DNA of 64,000 nt from positions 1 through 64,000 of the forward strand of contig CBDCEW010000079.1 in the NCBI GenBank assembly GCA_965215885.1, written 5' to 3'. Made by a program: the position numbers and the translations under genes. This document shows, piece after piece, positions 40,581 through 51,218 of the stretch. The notes beneath the pieces were generated by a model. That model made no database searches, was not told where the DNA came from, and saw only the letters and a list, made by a program, of their open reading frames with translations. The stretch's first letter is position 1. Each line of letters opens with the position of its first letter. The stretch comes from Candidatus Moanibacter sp. (GTDB lineage: Bacteria; Verrucomicrobiota; Verrucomicrobiia; Opitutales; UBA2987).

Positions 40581-42008
40581 ATGAACCGGGTCTACATCAA
40601 AACCTATGGGTGCCAGATGAACGAGCGGGACTCTGAGGCGGTCGCCGCAAAGCTGCGCAAGCGCGGCTACAGCATGGTCGAGAGGGAAGAGGAGGCCGAC
40701 GTCGTCCTGCTTAACACCTGTGCGGTACGCGATAAGGCGGAACAGAAAGCGATTGGTAAAACAGGGTATCTGGCCAAACGGAAGAATAGTAACCCTGATT
40801 TTATAATCGGTATTCTCGGTTGCATGGCTCAGAACAGGGGATCGGGTTTACTCGACCGTCTGCCCGATCTCGACCTGCTCGTAGGCACTCAGAAATTTCA
40901 CCGCGTGCCCGATTATCTCGATAACATTATCGCCTCCCTGAAGGCACAGGGTCCAAGGCCGCGCACCATTGTCGACCTCGATGGGGAGGAGGGTTCCCAG
41001 AACACGATCCGCGAACATGTCGAGGGCAAGAGGCAAGTTAGCGCCTTTGTCTCAATAATGCAGGGCTGCAACATGAAATGCACATTTTGCATCGTCCCGA
41101 AAACGCGTGGGCGTGAACGCTGCCGCTCGATTCAAGACATCGTGGAGGAGGTCGAAGAACTGGCCGCCAGGGGCACGCGCGAAGTGACCCTGCTCGGGCA
41201 GATCGTAACCAGCTATGGACGCCGCGAGATTCCCGTCCGCCGTAAAAAGGGCCCTTTTGTCCAACTGCTGGAAGCGGTAAACGCTATCGATGGGATCGAA
41301 CGCATTCGCTTTACCTCTCCACACCCCAAGGGTTTCAAGGAGGATCTGATTGCCGCCTACCGTGACCTCCCTAAACTGTGCGAATACGTCCACTTGCCTA
41401 TGCAAAGCGGATCGGATCGGATTCTTCGCGCCATGCATCGGCCATACTCACGCGACCGCTATAAGCAGATCGTCGACGACCTCCGAGCATCCGTTCCCGG
41501 AATGTATTTCTCGACGGATATCATTGTCGGATTTCCGGGCGAAACGGAAAGTGATTTCGAGCTCACAATGGAGGTATTCGAAGAGCTCAATTTCGATATG
41601 GCCTATATTTTCAAATACAGTACGAGAAGCGGGACGCCCGCCGCGGAAATGGATGCCCAGGTGCCGGAGCGAATCAAAGAGGAGAGAAACCATCGGTTGC
41701 TCAAAGTTCTCGAGGAGAGTTCACTGAGACGCAACCGTTCGCTCATCGGCACGACCCAGGAAATTCTCGTGGAGGGACCGGCGCGGAAAGGCGACGGTGT
41801 CTATACCGGACGAACGCGAGGGAATCGCAAAGCCGTATTCTCAGGGAGCGAAAGACTGGTAGGTGAGCTGATTCAAGTGAAGATAGAGCGGGCAACCGTA
41901 AGCACGCTATACGGTTCCGTCGTCCCGCAAGGCGTGGATGACTCCCAAACCTTTTCGGTCCGGTCACGAGCGCGTTCCTTGCCGGATCAAAAGGGAGTGA
42001 AACTTTGA
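40581..42008 (+). CDS. miaB: tRNA-i6A37 methylthiotransferase
   Basis: TYGCQMN, LNTCAVR, GCNMKCTFCIVP radical SAM motif; TRAM domain. Confidence 0.96.
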   Translation: MNRVYIKTYGCQMNERDSEAVAAKLRKRGYSMVEREEEADVVLLNTCAVRDKAEQKAIGKTGYLAKRKNSNPDFIIGILGCMAQNRGSGLLDRLPDLDLLVGTQKFHRVPDYLDNIIASLKAQGPRPRTIVDLDGEEGSQNTIREHVEGKRQVSAFVSIMQGCNMKCTFCIVPKTRGRERCRSIQDIVEEVEELAARGTREVTLLGQIVTSYGRREIPVRRKKGPFVQLLEAVNAIDGIERIRFTSPHPKGFKEDLIAAYRDLPKLCEYVHLPMQSGSDRILRAMHRPYSRDRYKQIVDDLRASVPGMYFSTDIIVGFPGETESDFELTMEVFEELNFDMAYIFKYSTRSGTPAAEMDAQVPERIKEERNHRLLKVLEESSLRRNRSLIGTTQEILVEGPARKGDGVYTGRTRGNRKAVFSGSERLVGELIQVKIERATVSTLYGSVVPQGVDDSQTFSVRSRARSLPDQKGVKL

Positions 42009-42235
42009 CCCACCCTCCGGACACCCTTTCCCGGAAGGGCGACCCACCCCAAACCCCTCCCAGGAGGGGATCTGTTCACTGGGGAGCTCATTTATTAAGT
42101 TCCCCTCCTGGGAGGGGACAGGGGTGGGTTGCTATCAAGCCCGCTTTTCCTCAGTGCCTAAGCGCTAATGACTGCCGGCAGACGCGATCGAGGCGAGCCG
42201 CGTTTTCGGAATTCGCAAGAAAAGCGGGCTAATCA

Positions 42236-42772
42236 ATGTCCCTTTTTGCCGCCACCCTTTTGACCGGACTCTTCCTCCTATCGCTCGGGGGACTTCTAAT
42301 CTGGAAGAATGCCTCCACTGGTCGCCTTGCAAAACTTTCACTCCGCTCCTTTCCCGTCACGGTCGTTTCCATGGGACTCGGGTCCGGTTGGTTTCTCTAC
42401 CTCGTCGCTCATCTCGGAGAAGCCGACTTTGGAAAATACAAAGAGATTCTCTTCCTTTTCTTTTTCGGCATCGCGCTGCTTTCCTTCTTTTTCGTGCGTG
42501 ATTTCCTCGCTGTGCGGGGTGGCGCCATCATTACCCTGTTGATGGCCAGAGCGCTCCTCGATGCGGCCTACATGGAAGAACCGCAAAGCCGCCTCTTCCT
42601 TGTTAGTTTCGTCTACCTCTGCATCGTTTTGGCCCTCTACCTGGGCACGGTGCCGTATAAGCTTAGAGACTTCCTCGAATGGCTCTTTGCTCGGACCACG
42701 CGCACCAGGCTTTTCGGTTCCATCCTTACTCTCTACGGCCTCCTCCTATGCGGAGTGGCGTTTGGTTACTAG
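42236..42772 (+). CDS. Hypothetical membrane protein
   Basis: 178-aa hydrophobic ORF coupled to gmk. Confidence 0.75.
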   Translation: MSLFAATLLTGLFLLSLGGLLIWKNASTGRLAKLSLRSFPVTVVSMGLGSGWFLYLVAHLGEADFGKYKEILFLFFFGIALLSFFFVRDFLAVRGGAIITLLMARALLDAAYMEEPQSRLFLVSFVYLCIVLALYLGTVPYKLRDFLEWLFARTTRTRLFGSILTLYGLLLCGVAFGY

Positions 42773-43395
42773 TGGCACAAAGTAGAGAGAGCAATTCCCT
42801 CCTCCTGATTGTTTCCGGTCCCGCGGGAAGTGGCAAAACCACCCTCTGCGAGCGTTTAATTGGAGAATTCGGACTCCAGATAGGGCAAGTTATAACTTCT
42901 ACAACGAGGCCGCCTCGTGAAGGCGAAAAAAATGGTTTAGACTATCACTTTTTCTCAGAAGAAGAATTCATGCGAAGAGTAGACGCGGATGAATTCTATG
43001 AGCGGGCCCAGGTGTATAACTTCCAATACGGTACTCTAAAATCTGAAATTCAGGAGAAGCTCCTTGTGGGTATCGACCTGCTCCTCAACATCGATGTTCA
43101 AGGAGCCGCCAGCTACCGCGAAGCCGCCCAATCCGACCCTCTGCTGGCGGAGCGACTCGTGACCCTCTTCGTTAAACCGGAGAATCTCGAGCAGCTTCGA
43201 GAGCGTCTTCAAAAAAGAGGTTTGGACGATGAGCAGACGATTCGGGAGCGCCTTAGCACGGCGAAAGAGGAATTGGAGCACTGTCCCTGTTTCGACCATC
43301 AATTTACAAGCCACGATCGCGAAGAGGATTACCGGAATCTCAGGCGAATTTACCTCCTCGAAAAAAAGCGGCACGAAGAAGGTCTATCTCGTTAA
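42772..43395 (+). CDS. gmk: Guanylate kinase
   Basis: SGPAGSGKTT, TTRPPREGE..G.DYHF, IDVQGA; probable GTG start at 42772. Confidence 0.95.
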   Translation: MAQSRESNSLLLIVSGPAGSGKTTLCERLIGEFGLQIGQVITSTTRPPREGEKNGLDYHFFSEEEFMRRVDADEFYERAQVYNFQYGTLKSEIQEKLLVGIDLLLNIDVQGAASYREAAQSDPLLAERLVTLFVKPENLEQLRERLQKRGLDDEQTIRERLSTAKEELEHCPCFDHQFTSHDREEDYRNLRRIYLLEKKRHEEGLSR

Positions 43396-43472
43396 GTAAG
43401 CTTCGTCGAATCGGAAGCAGCGAAGCGTCCTCGCAGTTCGTCGTCGTAATCGTAGTCGAAGATCGAAAAGAC

Positions 43473-43652
43473 TAGCCCGGACATTTCACACACTTCGTAG
43501 CGAGACAGCGTAGATTGCTGCATATTAGAGCCTTTCCGCAGGGCGGCGGGCGACAGCGTGTTGGAACCCTCTGAGGTCGGCGGGCAAGGGAAGGCTTTGA
43601 TATGTAGTGAGATCCGCGGTCGTAGTAGAAGGTTTGTGAGATGTTCGGGCTA
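43473..43652 (+). mobile_element. MITE family A, copy 2
   Basis: TAGCCCGGACATTTCAC ... GTGAGATGTTCGGGCTA. Confidence 0.8.
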
Positions 43653-44065
43653 GATCGACCGGAGATCACGATTGAAAGCCACGATGAGAGAGGGAAATCC
43701 TCATCGATCTTCCGTCGGGATCATAATCGTGATCTCCAGTCGATCTTCAAACTTTGTCGAAGGGCCAGTTCTAAGAGAGATGCCGGTGGCTCCGAGTTCT
43801 TCGACCGACGAAGTTTACGACAAAGTTTGGGTGGGCATCAACCCCAAACGGTATTTTCGAAGATTAATCTTGCCAGCGAAAAAGACGGCGATAGCTTCAC
43901 TGCCTCTTTCTTAAAAGAAGGCCTCCCCCACGAGAGAACTCCCGCTCTTCGAAGCGCTACGTTTCCGCTCTATTTGCCTTGGTAATACCTAGTATAGCTT
44001 ATTTCCTCAGGCTAAGAGCCTGTCGGACTCTGCCGCCAGGCTCTTAGCGACAGATCTTAGGTAAA

Positions 44066-46363
44066 ATGGACCCGCAGCCCGATCAGAACAATTACGCTTT
44101 GATCGAACGTTATCTCGATCAGCCGGCAGTGATGCCGAAAGAGATCAGGGCTCATCTCGAAGCTGCCTGGAACGATCAGCCGGTGCAGCTCTATGCCCTC
44201 GCCGATCTCAACGAGTCGTTCATTCTCACGCGCACCTGGGTCGCGCTCGGTCCGGAGCATGTCGCCATCCTGGGAGAGGGTAGCGGGGCAAAAGACTTTC
44301 ATCTTTCCACGTTCCCTCGCTCTCGGGTGCGCGAGATTCGGGAACAGTCGGGACTGAGCAACACGGTAGTGACCCTGATGGATAATGATAGCGACCACGC
44401 CCTTGCCGTGATCCGCTACACGCATCGGCAGCGCGACGCTATGGGTCCCATTCTGTTTCTCCTCAAACAGCAGGGGGCCACAAGAGCGCTTACCAGAGAG
44501 GAGGGCGATGACCTCTACGCCTCGTCCATGGCAAAAGGGATTAAGAAGGCGCAATCGTCGGTGACGGGAAACCGTCTGGATGTCTTCTGGCGCTTGGCGG
44601 CGTTCTTAAAGCCCTACTGGAAGCGCTTCACCGTCGGTGTCGTCAGCGCACTATTCTTAACTGCGTTAAGTCTGACTCCACCGTATTTGACAGGTTACCT
44701 CTTAGATGACGTCCTCCTGGCCTTCGCCGACGGACAGCTTTCAATCGAAAAGGCCTACCGCCTCGGGTGGATTGTCCTCGCCGTTATTGTCGTCGTTTAC
44801 ATTCTGCGCGAGATTCTCCTGTGGCTGCGGCTGCGAATGATGACTCTTGTAGGTGAGAAGGTTGCACGCGACCTCCGTACCGCGGTCTATGACCACCTGC
44901 ACAAGCTGAGCGTGAATTATTTCTCGCATCACCATACCGGAAGTATCGTGAGCAGGGTCAGTTCCGATACCGATCGTATCTGGGACTTTATCGCATTCGG
45001 CCTGGCCGAACTCACCCTCTCCCTTCTCATGGTTCTGGGCATCGGAGGTGTCCTCATCGTTCTGGATTGGCAACTCGGCCTCGCCGTGACGCTCCCGGTT
45101 CCCGTCATCTTCTTTGGCATCTACCGGATGGGGCAAGGATTGCGCAGGCGTTTCCTCCGGATGTGGCATAAGTGGTCGGAAATGACAGCGGTAATTTCGG
45201 ATACGATTCCGGGTATCCGGGTTGTTAAAGCATTCAACCAGGAAGACTTTGAAAGGGAGCGCTTCGGCAAGCGCAATAGAGGTATCACCGAGGAGGCCTA
45301 TGGGGTGATCAACTTATGGACGACAGCCTGGCCGATCATCTATTTCGGCTTGAGTCTGATGATGGTCATTGTCTGGGCGCTGGCGCTGCCCAGACTGCTG
45401 GGAGACGGCTCTGCAGAGAGCGTGAGTCTGACACCCGGACTCTTTGTAACCTTTCTCCTCTACCTCGGGCTCTTTATCGCTCCAATCGAGAGCTTCGGGT
45501 TCCTGACGCGAATGATCAATAGATCCCTCAGTTCAGCTCACCGAATCTTTGAGGTCCTTGATACGGAACCCGAAGTCGTCGAGGCGGCAGACAGCATAAC
45601 GCTTGATCCGGTCAATGGGCGCATTGAATTCGAGGAAGTGTCGTTTGGATACGATCCGGTACGTCAGATCGTGAGCGATATCACCTTCGATGTGGCGCCT
45701 GGTGAAATGATCGGCCTCGTTGGCCCGTCCGGCGCCGGAAAAACAACCATCATAAACCTCATCGCCCGCTTCTACGATGTGAATTCCGGTCGCATTCTCA
45801 TCGACGGGGTGGACCTCCAGGATCTGGATTTGGGAAGTTACCGGCAACAGATCGGAATGGTCATGCAGGACCCCTACCTCTTCAACGGAAGTGTTCTCGA
45901 TAATATTCGATACGGGATCCAGGAGGTGGAAATTGAGAAGGTCATTGACGCGGCTCGCGCCGCCAACGCTCACGATTTTATCTGCAGGATGCCTCAGGGC
46001 TATGACACTGTGGTCGGAGAACGGGGTCATACTCTAAGTGGAGGCGAGAGACAGCGGGTCTCTATCGCGCGCGCCGTGCTCCACGATCCCAGGATTCTCA
46101 TACTCGACGAAGCGACGAGCAGCGTAGACACAGAGACCGAGCGCAAGATACAGGAAGCTCTCGAGCGACTGGTTGAAGGCCGCACCGTGATCGCCATCGC
46201 TCACCGCCTCTCTACGCTACGAAAGGCCGACCGGCTCTTTGTTATGAAAGAGGGTAAGCTTGTCGAGCAGGGTCAGCATTCCGAACTTCTCGCCAATGCA
46301 GACGGCGTCTACCGGCGTCTGCACGATCTCCAGCAGGAGCTACAAGAAATGTACGCCGTCTAA
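44066..46363 (+). CDS. ABC exporter (TMD+NBD) with an N-terminal extension
   Basis: GPSGAGKTT, LSGGERQR, ILDEATS; ~170-aa soluble N-terminal domain. Confidence 0.93.
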   Translation: MDPQPDQNNYALIERYLDQPAVMPKEIRAHLEAAWNDQPVQLYALADLNESFILTRTWVALGPEHVAILGEGSGAKDFHLSTFPRSRVREIREQSGLSNTVVTLMDNDSDHALAVIRYTHRQRDAMGPILFLLKQQGATRALTREEGDDLYASSMAKGIKKAQSSVTGNRLDVFWRLAAFLKPYWKRFTVGVVSALFLTALSLTPPYLTGYLLDDVLLAFADGQLSIEKAYRLGWIVLAVIVVVYILREILLWLRLRMMTLVGEKVARDLRTAVYDHLHKLSVNYFSHHHTGSIVSRVSSDTDRIWDFIAFGLAELTLSLLMVLGIGGVLIVLDWQLGLAVTLPVPVIFFGIYRMGQGLRRRFLRMWHKWSEMTAVISDTIPGIRVVKAFNQEDFERERFGKRNRGITEEAYGVINLWTTAWPIIYFGLSLMMVIVWALALPRLLGDGSAESVSLTPGLFVTFLLYLGLFIAPIESFGFLTRMINRSLSSAHRIFEVLDTEPEVVEAADSITLDPVNGRIEFEEVSFGYDPVRQIVSDITFDVAPGEMIGLVGPSGAGKTTIINLIARFYDVNSGRILIDGVDLQDLDLGSYRQQIGMVMQDPYLFNGSVLDNIRYGIQEVEIEKVIDAARAANAHDFICRMPQGYDTVVGERGHTLSGGERQRVSIARAVLHDPRILILDEATSSVDTETERKIQEALERLVEGRTVIAIAHRLSTLRKADRLFVMKEGKLVEQGQHSELLANADGVYRRLHDLQQELQEMYAV

Positions 46364-46507
46364 TCGCCTGCGTATGTGTTTATCGTGATGGATCACCATT
46401 CGACAGACGTACCTCTTTCTTGGTTATTCGGGGACCCCTTACCGGATACAGTACGAAAGCCTTTTCAAGCATCACGCTAAACACAAACGCAGGCGATTAG
46501 AGCAGCC

Positions 46508-46981
46508 ATGAAAACAGACCCCGATTCACTCCAGATCGAGTTGGATCCCAGTGGCTCCCTCGTTCTGCTGAGGGATGGAGAGCGGGTTTCCGTTAACCTG
46601 CACCTCTGCTTTCCCTGGTCGCAACCCGAGAAGTTTCTCTCCCTTCGCGACAGCGACGGGGAAGAGGTGGCATTCCTTCCAAATCTGGACGGACTCACGA
46701 ACGACGTCAGGGAGGTAGTTGCGGCAGCTCTCAAAGCATCGCGTTTCACTTTGGTTATAACTGAGATCGAATCGATTCAAATGGATTTCGAACTCCGCGT
46801 CTGGAAAGTCGATACCCTTCAGGGAAAACGCACCTTTCAGACTCGACTGGAGGACTGGCCAATCGATTTACCTGATCAGAGCATCGTTATCCGCGACCTC
46901 GCCGGCGATCTCTACCATATCCCCGATCCGGAACAGCTCGACAAAAAATCCTACCAACGGCTCTGGGCCTTCCTCGAGTAG
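46508..46981 (+). CDS. DUF1854-like protein
   Basis: CFPWSQPEKFLSLRD..GEE and W.V.T..G...F pattern; typical position after this ABC type. Confidence 0.75.
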   Translation: MKTDPDSLQIELDPSGSLVLLRDGERVSVNLHLCFPWSQPEKFLSLRDSDGEEVAFLPNLDGLTNDVREVVAAALKASRFTLVITEIESIQMDFELRVWKVDTLQGKRTFQTRLEDWPIDLPDQSIVIRDLAGDLYHIPDPEQLDKKSYQRLWAFLE

Positions 46982-47072
46982 GAATCTGTCGAGTAGAGGT
47001 CTTCGCAACATTCCGGTGCTCTCGATTTAGAAGTGCCCGATGTACATTCCGGCGAAGTGCGACAGATTCCTA
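46979..47072. mobile_element. MITE family B
   Basis: TAGGAATCTGTCG ... CGACAGATTCCTA; related ends at ~33720-33737, 35515-35532 and 40521-40536. Confidence 0.65.
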
Positions 47073-47264
47073 CAGCCACTTGCGGCCGAAGAGGATCGGG
47101 ACGGATTTACCTTTGATGCCCATTAGCGTTTGCACCTCTTAAGATTCTTTCCAATAATCTCTTTAAGTATGCCGCCGCACTTCCCGCCTCATCCGACCCG
47201 ATTTCCTCTTCCTGGGATTAAAGGCTCTACAGACAGCCAGAGAGTTGCCTTCCATTCAGTTGGC

Positions 47265-50160
47265 ATGAAAGCCCCTCCCAATGGCCGTTACCGGGAGGGA
47301 ATAATTCAGTTTCGCAAATACGGGCGCCGGTTTGAGAAAGTCAAAAGTCGGCTCGAACGCAGAATCGCTGCCGGCACCTTTTACAGACTGCCAGTTGGGA
47401 CCCAGCGCTACCTGATTCGCAGATATCATGCGCTGAAGGCCAAGCTGGAACGACTTGGGGTTCGCCTACTGAAACTCGGTGGAATCGCAGCCTTAAGTCT
47501 CGCCTTTGCCGCTTCTCAGACCCATGCCGGCGCCCCGAATCCATTGGAGCTTTCCGCTCTGGATGGGAGCAACGGCTTTGTCATTAACGGCATCGACAGC
47601 AATGACTTCTCCGGTTATTCAGTCAGCAGCGCCGGCGATGTGAACGGGGATGGCTTCGACGACATCATTATCGGGGCCTATCGTGCCAATAGCTTCACCG
47701 GAGTAACCTACGTCGTGTTTGGACAGGCAGGCGGCTTCGAGCCGAGCCTGGAGTTGTCGAGCCTGAATGGGAGTAACGGGTTCAATATTAACGGTATCCA
47801 AACCGGAGATGACTCTGGCGCTTCGGTCAGCGGAGCCGGCGACGTGAACGGGGATGGCTTTGACGACCTCATTGTTGGGGCCCTTAGTGCCGTTCCCCGT
47901 GGCAATACGTATGCTGGTGAAAGCTACGTGGTGTTTGGGAAAGCAGGAGGCTTCGGGCCGAGCCTGGAGTTGAGGAGCCTGGATGGGAGTAACGGCTTCG
48001 TCATTGAAGGCATCGATATCTCCGATTATTCGGGCGTTTCGGTCAGCAGTGCCGGCGATGTGAACGGGGATGGCTTCGACGACATCATTATCGGGGGCCT
48101 TGGCGCCGATCCGGGCGGCAATGCCCTCGCGGGAGAAAGCTACGTCGTGTATGGGAAAGCAGGCGGCTTTGTGGCCAGCATGGAGTTGTCGAGCCTGAAT
48201 GGGAGCAACGGTTTCGTCATGAACGGTATCGACGTCCGCGATTATGCAGGAATTTCGGTTAGCAGTGCCGGCGATGTGAACGGCGACGGCTTTGACGACC
48301 TCATTATCGGCGCCTCCGGGGCCGATCCCGGCGGCAAGGACTTCGCCGGAGAAAGCTACGTGGTATACGGGAGGGCAGGCGGCTTCGGGGCCGTCTTGGA
48401 GTTGTCGAGCCTGAATGGGAGCAACGGCTTTGTCATCAACGGCATCGACTCCGATGATTATTCCGGCCGTTCTGTGAGCGGGGCCGGCGATGTAAACGGA
48501 GATGGCTTCGACGACCTCATTATCGCCGCCTACCGAGCCGACTCCAGCGGGAGGGCAGAAGCGGGAGAGAGCTACCTGGTGTTTGGTAAGGCAGGCGGCT
48601 TCGGGGCCAGCCTCGAGTTGTCCAGCCTGGACGGAAACAACGGCTTTAACATTAACGGTATCGACACCAATGATTATTCCGGCCGTTCCGTCAGCATTGC
48701 CGGCGATGTGAACGGGGATGGCTTCGACGACCTCATTATCGGCGCCTATCTTGCCGGCCCCGGCGGCAGGTCGGGAGCGGGAGAAAGCTACCTGGTGTTT
48801 GGCAAGGCAGGCGGCTTCGGGGCCAGCCTGGAGTTGTCGAGCCTGGACGGGAGCAACGGCTTCGTCATTAACGGCATCGACTCGCTTGACACTTCCGGCA
48901 CTTCGGTGAGCAGTGCGGGGGATGTGAACGGGGACGGCTTCGACGACCTCATTATCGGCGCCCCTCGTGCCGATCCCGACGGCAGGTCGGGAGCAGGAGA
49001 AAGCTACGTGGTCTTTGGCGAGAATTTTACCGGCGGGCTGCAGAACCAGACCGTTACGTTTGATCCGATCGGGGCTGCCACTTATGGGACCGACAGGATT
49101 ACCCTGAGTGGGACGGCTTCAAGCGGGCTGCCGGTGACGTTTACCGTCGTGTCGGGTCCCGCATTGCTCAACCCGGACAACTCCCTCAGCCTTACCGGTC
49201 CCGGTAGTGTTACGCTGCGGGCCTCTCAGCAGGGTAATGCAGCATTTAATTCGGCGCCGAATGTGGAGCATAGCTTCACCGTTACCCAGCAAAGTACGGG
49301 AGGGGCTTCGTTGCTGGAAGCGGGCAACGCGAAGTTTGTCAACGACGGCACTTTTTTTCGACGGGAATACCTATAACGGCTTCGAACTGGCCGGGGATAC
49401 AGGTACGTTCAGCTCAATCGCAGGCGAGATTACCCGTATCTCATTTCTCGATCGGGACGGAGATCTGATGTTCGCAGAGTTTGGGAGCGACGATCCGAAC
49501 ACCGTTCTGATCATCACGTTCGAGGAGTTTATGAGTACGTCGGCGGCTTCACCCTATATTCAGCCGACGACTGTTTACGCCCAGGGTCATCCCAGTTTCG
49601 AGATTCAGAATTCAACACCATTGACGTTTGTCTCCTTTTTCAGCTTGGGAAACGATGTCTTGCGGGTCGACGGGTCATTAATCAAGAGCGATACTTTCGC
49701 TGATGCCGTCAACGGGGTGGCGGAAATCCAGTCACTTACTATCAATGACGGATCGACCGCCATCGGCGGGATCAATGCTGCCAATGCAAATATTACCGGG
49801 TCCGCCGGTGTTCTCGGCATTAATGCACCTGATCTGTCCGTGGGAGTATTTCTCTTAGTGGGAGATCTCACTCCCTCCGGCACAGCCATGCCCAGGCTTC
49901 GGATAAGCCCGGATTCGACGATTGACGGCCTCTTAATCACGGGCGGCGATCTCGCGGAAGCTATCGGTGCTTTCCAGATCGACACCAACGGTGTGGTTTA
50001 TTCGTTCCCGATCACCGCGACAGACGGCCAAAGATCGATCAGCAATGCACCCTTGCGTCCTGATCTTGGTGACGGAAGTCTTCCGCCCGTTACCAACACT
50101 TTTGTAACGAATCCGGATGATTTCTTCGTCACCGATGGGATCAATGTGGGCGGGCCTTAG
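47265..50160 (+). CDS. FG-GAP (integrin-alpha-like) surface protein, frameshifted at T7 (49352-49358)
   Basis: Seven GDVNGDGFDD repeats, then an Ig-like QTVTF module. Deleting one T joins NDGTF|FDGNTYNGF to the 49207-50160 frame. Confidence 0.82.
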
Positions 50161-50337
50161 CCCGGACAATTCACACACTTCGTAGCGAGACTGCGTAGAT
50201 TGCTGTGTCCCAATGCCTTTCAGCAGTACGGCGGGCGAAAGCGTGTTGGAACCCTCTGAGGTCGTCGGGCAAGGGAAGGCTTTGGTACACGGTGAGATCC
50301 GCGGTTGTAGTAGAAGGTTTGTGAAATGTTCGGGCTA
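50158..50337 (+). mobile_element. MITE family A, copy 3
   Basis: Homologous to 43473-43652; its terminal TAG is the stop codon of the upstream ORF. Confidence 0.8.
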
Positions 50338-51218
50338 TTCGTTGCCGGCGCCCCGAATCCCTTGAGGCTTTCGGACTCAGGTCTTCGCGACATCCCGTAG
50401 CCGGACGACTTCGTCGTTCGGTTCATCGGAGTTCTACGATCGACCAGATTTCGACAAAGTTCGCGACAAAGCTTACGACAACGATCTCAAGATCTCTTTC
50501 TACCACCAAGATTCGAATCATCCTCAAGCCAGACTCCGTCTGCGACTCTACCACTCTGCTATCCTTCCACGGGCGATAGCCCATCCTTCAACAATCGATC
50601 AGCGAAATCTCAAGCGTAATCTAAGGTCGACAAAGCTCGCGATCCCGCTCAGCGGGATTGACGACGAATATCGGTAGCCGCGTCGGCAACGGCGCGGTCT
50701 CCCTCTCCATGCCAGATCCACCCTTCCTCTTTGTCCCGGCTTGCCGCGATCTTGGCGAGAGTTTCTCCTCATCCGCTGCCGTCCTTTCATCGGTTGCCAA
50801 TCATAAGAAGAACCGACGAAGTTAACGACCCGTCTCCGCTACGCTGCGCCGTGGCAGGCGAGGCTTACGACAAGGTTAGAAGAGTATCTTGGACAGAGCA
50901 GAGATCCCGTAGCCGGACGACTTCGTCGTTCGGATCAATCGAACGGCGTTCTGGATCAATGTGAAGATGGAAGTGACCAACACCCAGTACACCCTCCGAA
51001 GCCTTGGCGTAGGAGGGCAGCAACCAGCATTCGGAGGAGACAGACAACGGACAGTTCAGTCCGCATTCGCAAAGACCTGATAACGTTTGCAAATGATAGC
51101 AACCTGACTAACTTTCCCGAAAAGACTGCCGCACTCCCCACCTCACCCGCCCCGACTCCCTTTTCCCGAGATCAATCGTTCTACGGTCCACCACACAGAT
51201 ACCTTCCCATCTGTCGGT

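Noticed and set aside
50340..51200. ORFs or tRNA/ncRNA between the FG-GAP genes
   Set aside because: Made of short REP-like palindromes (CGTAGCCGGACGACTTCGTCGTTCGG twice); no cloverleaf or credible protein.
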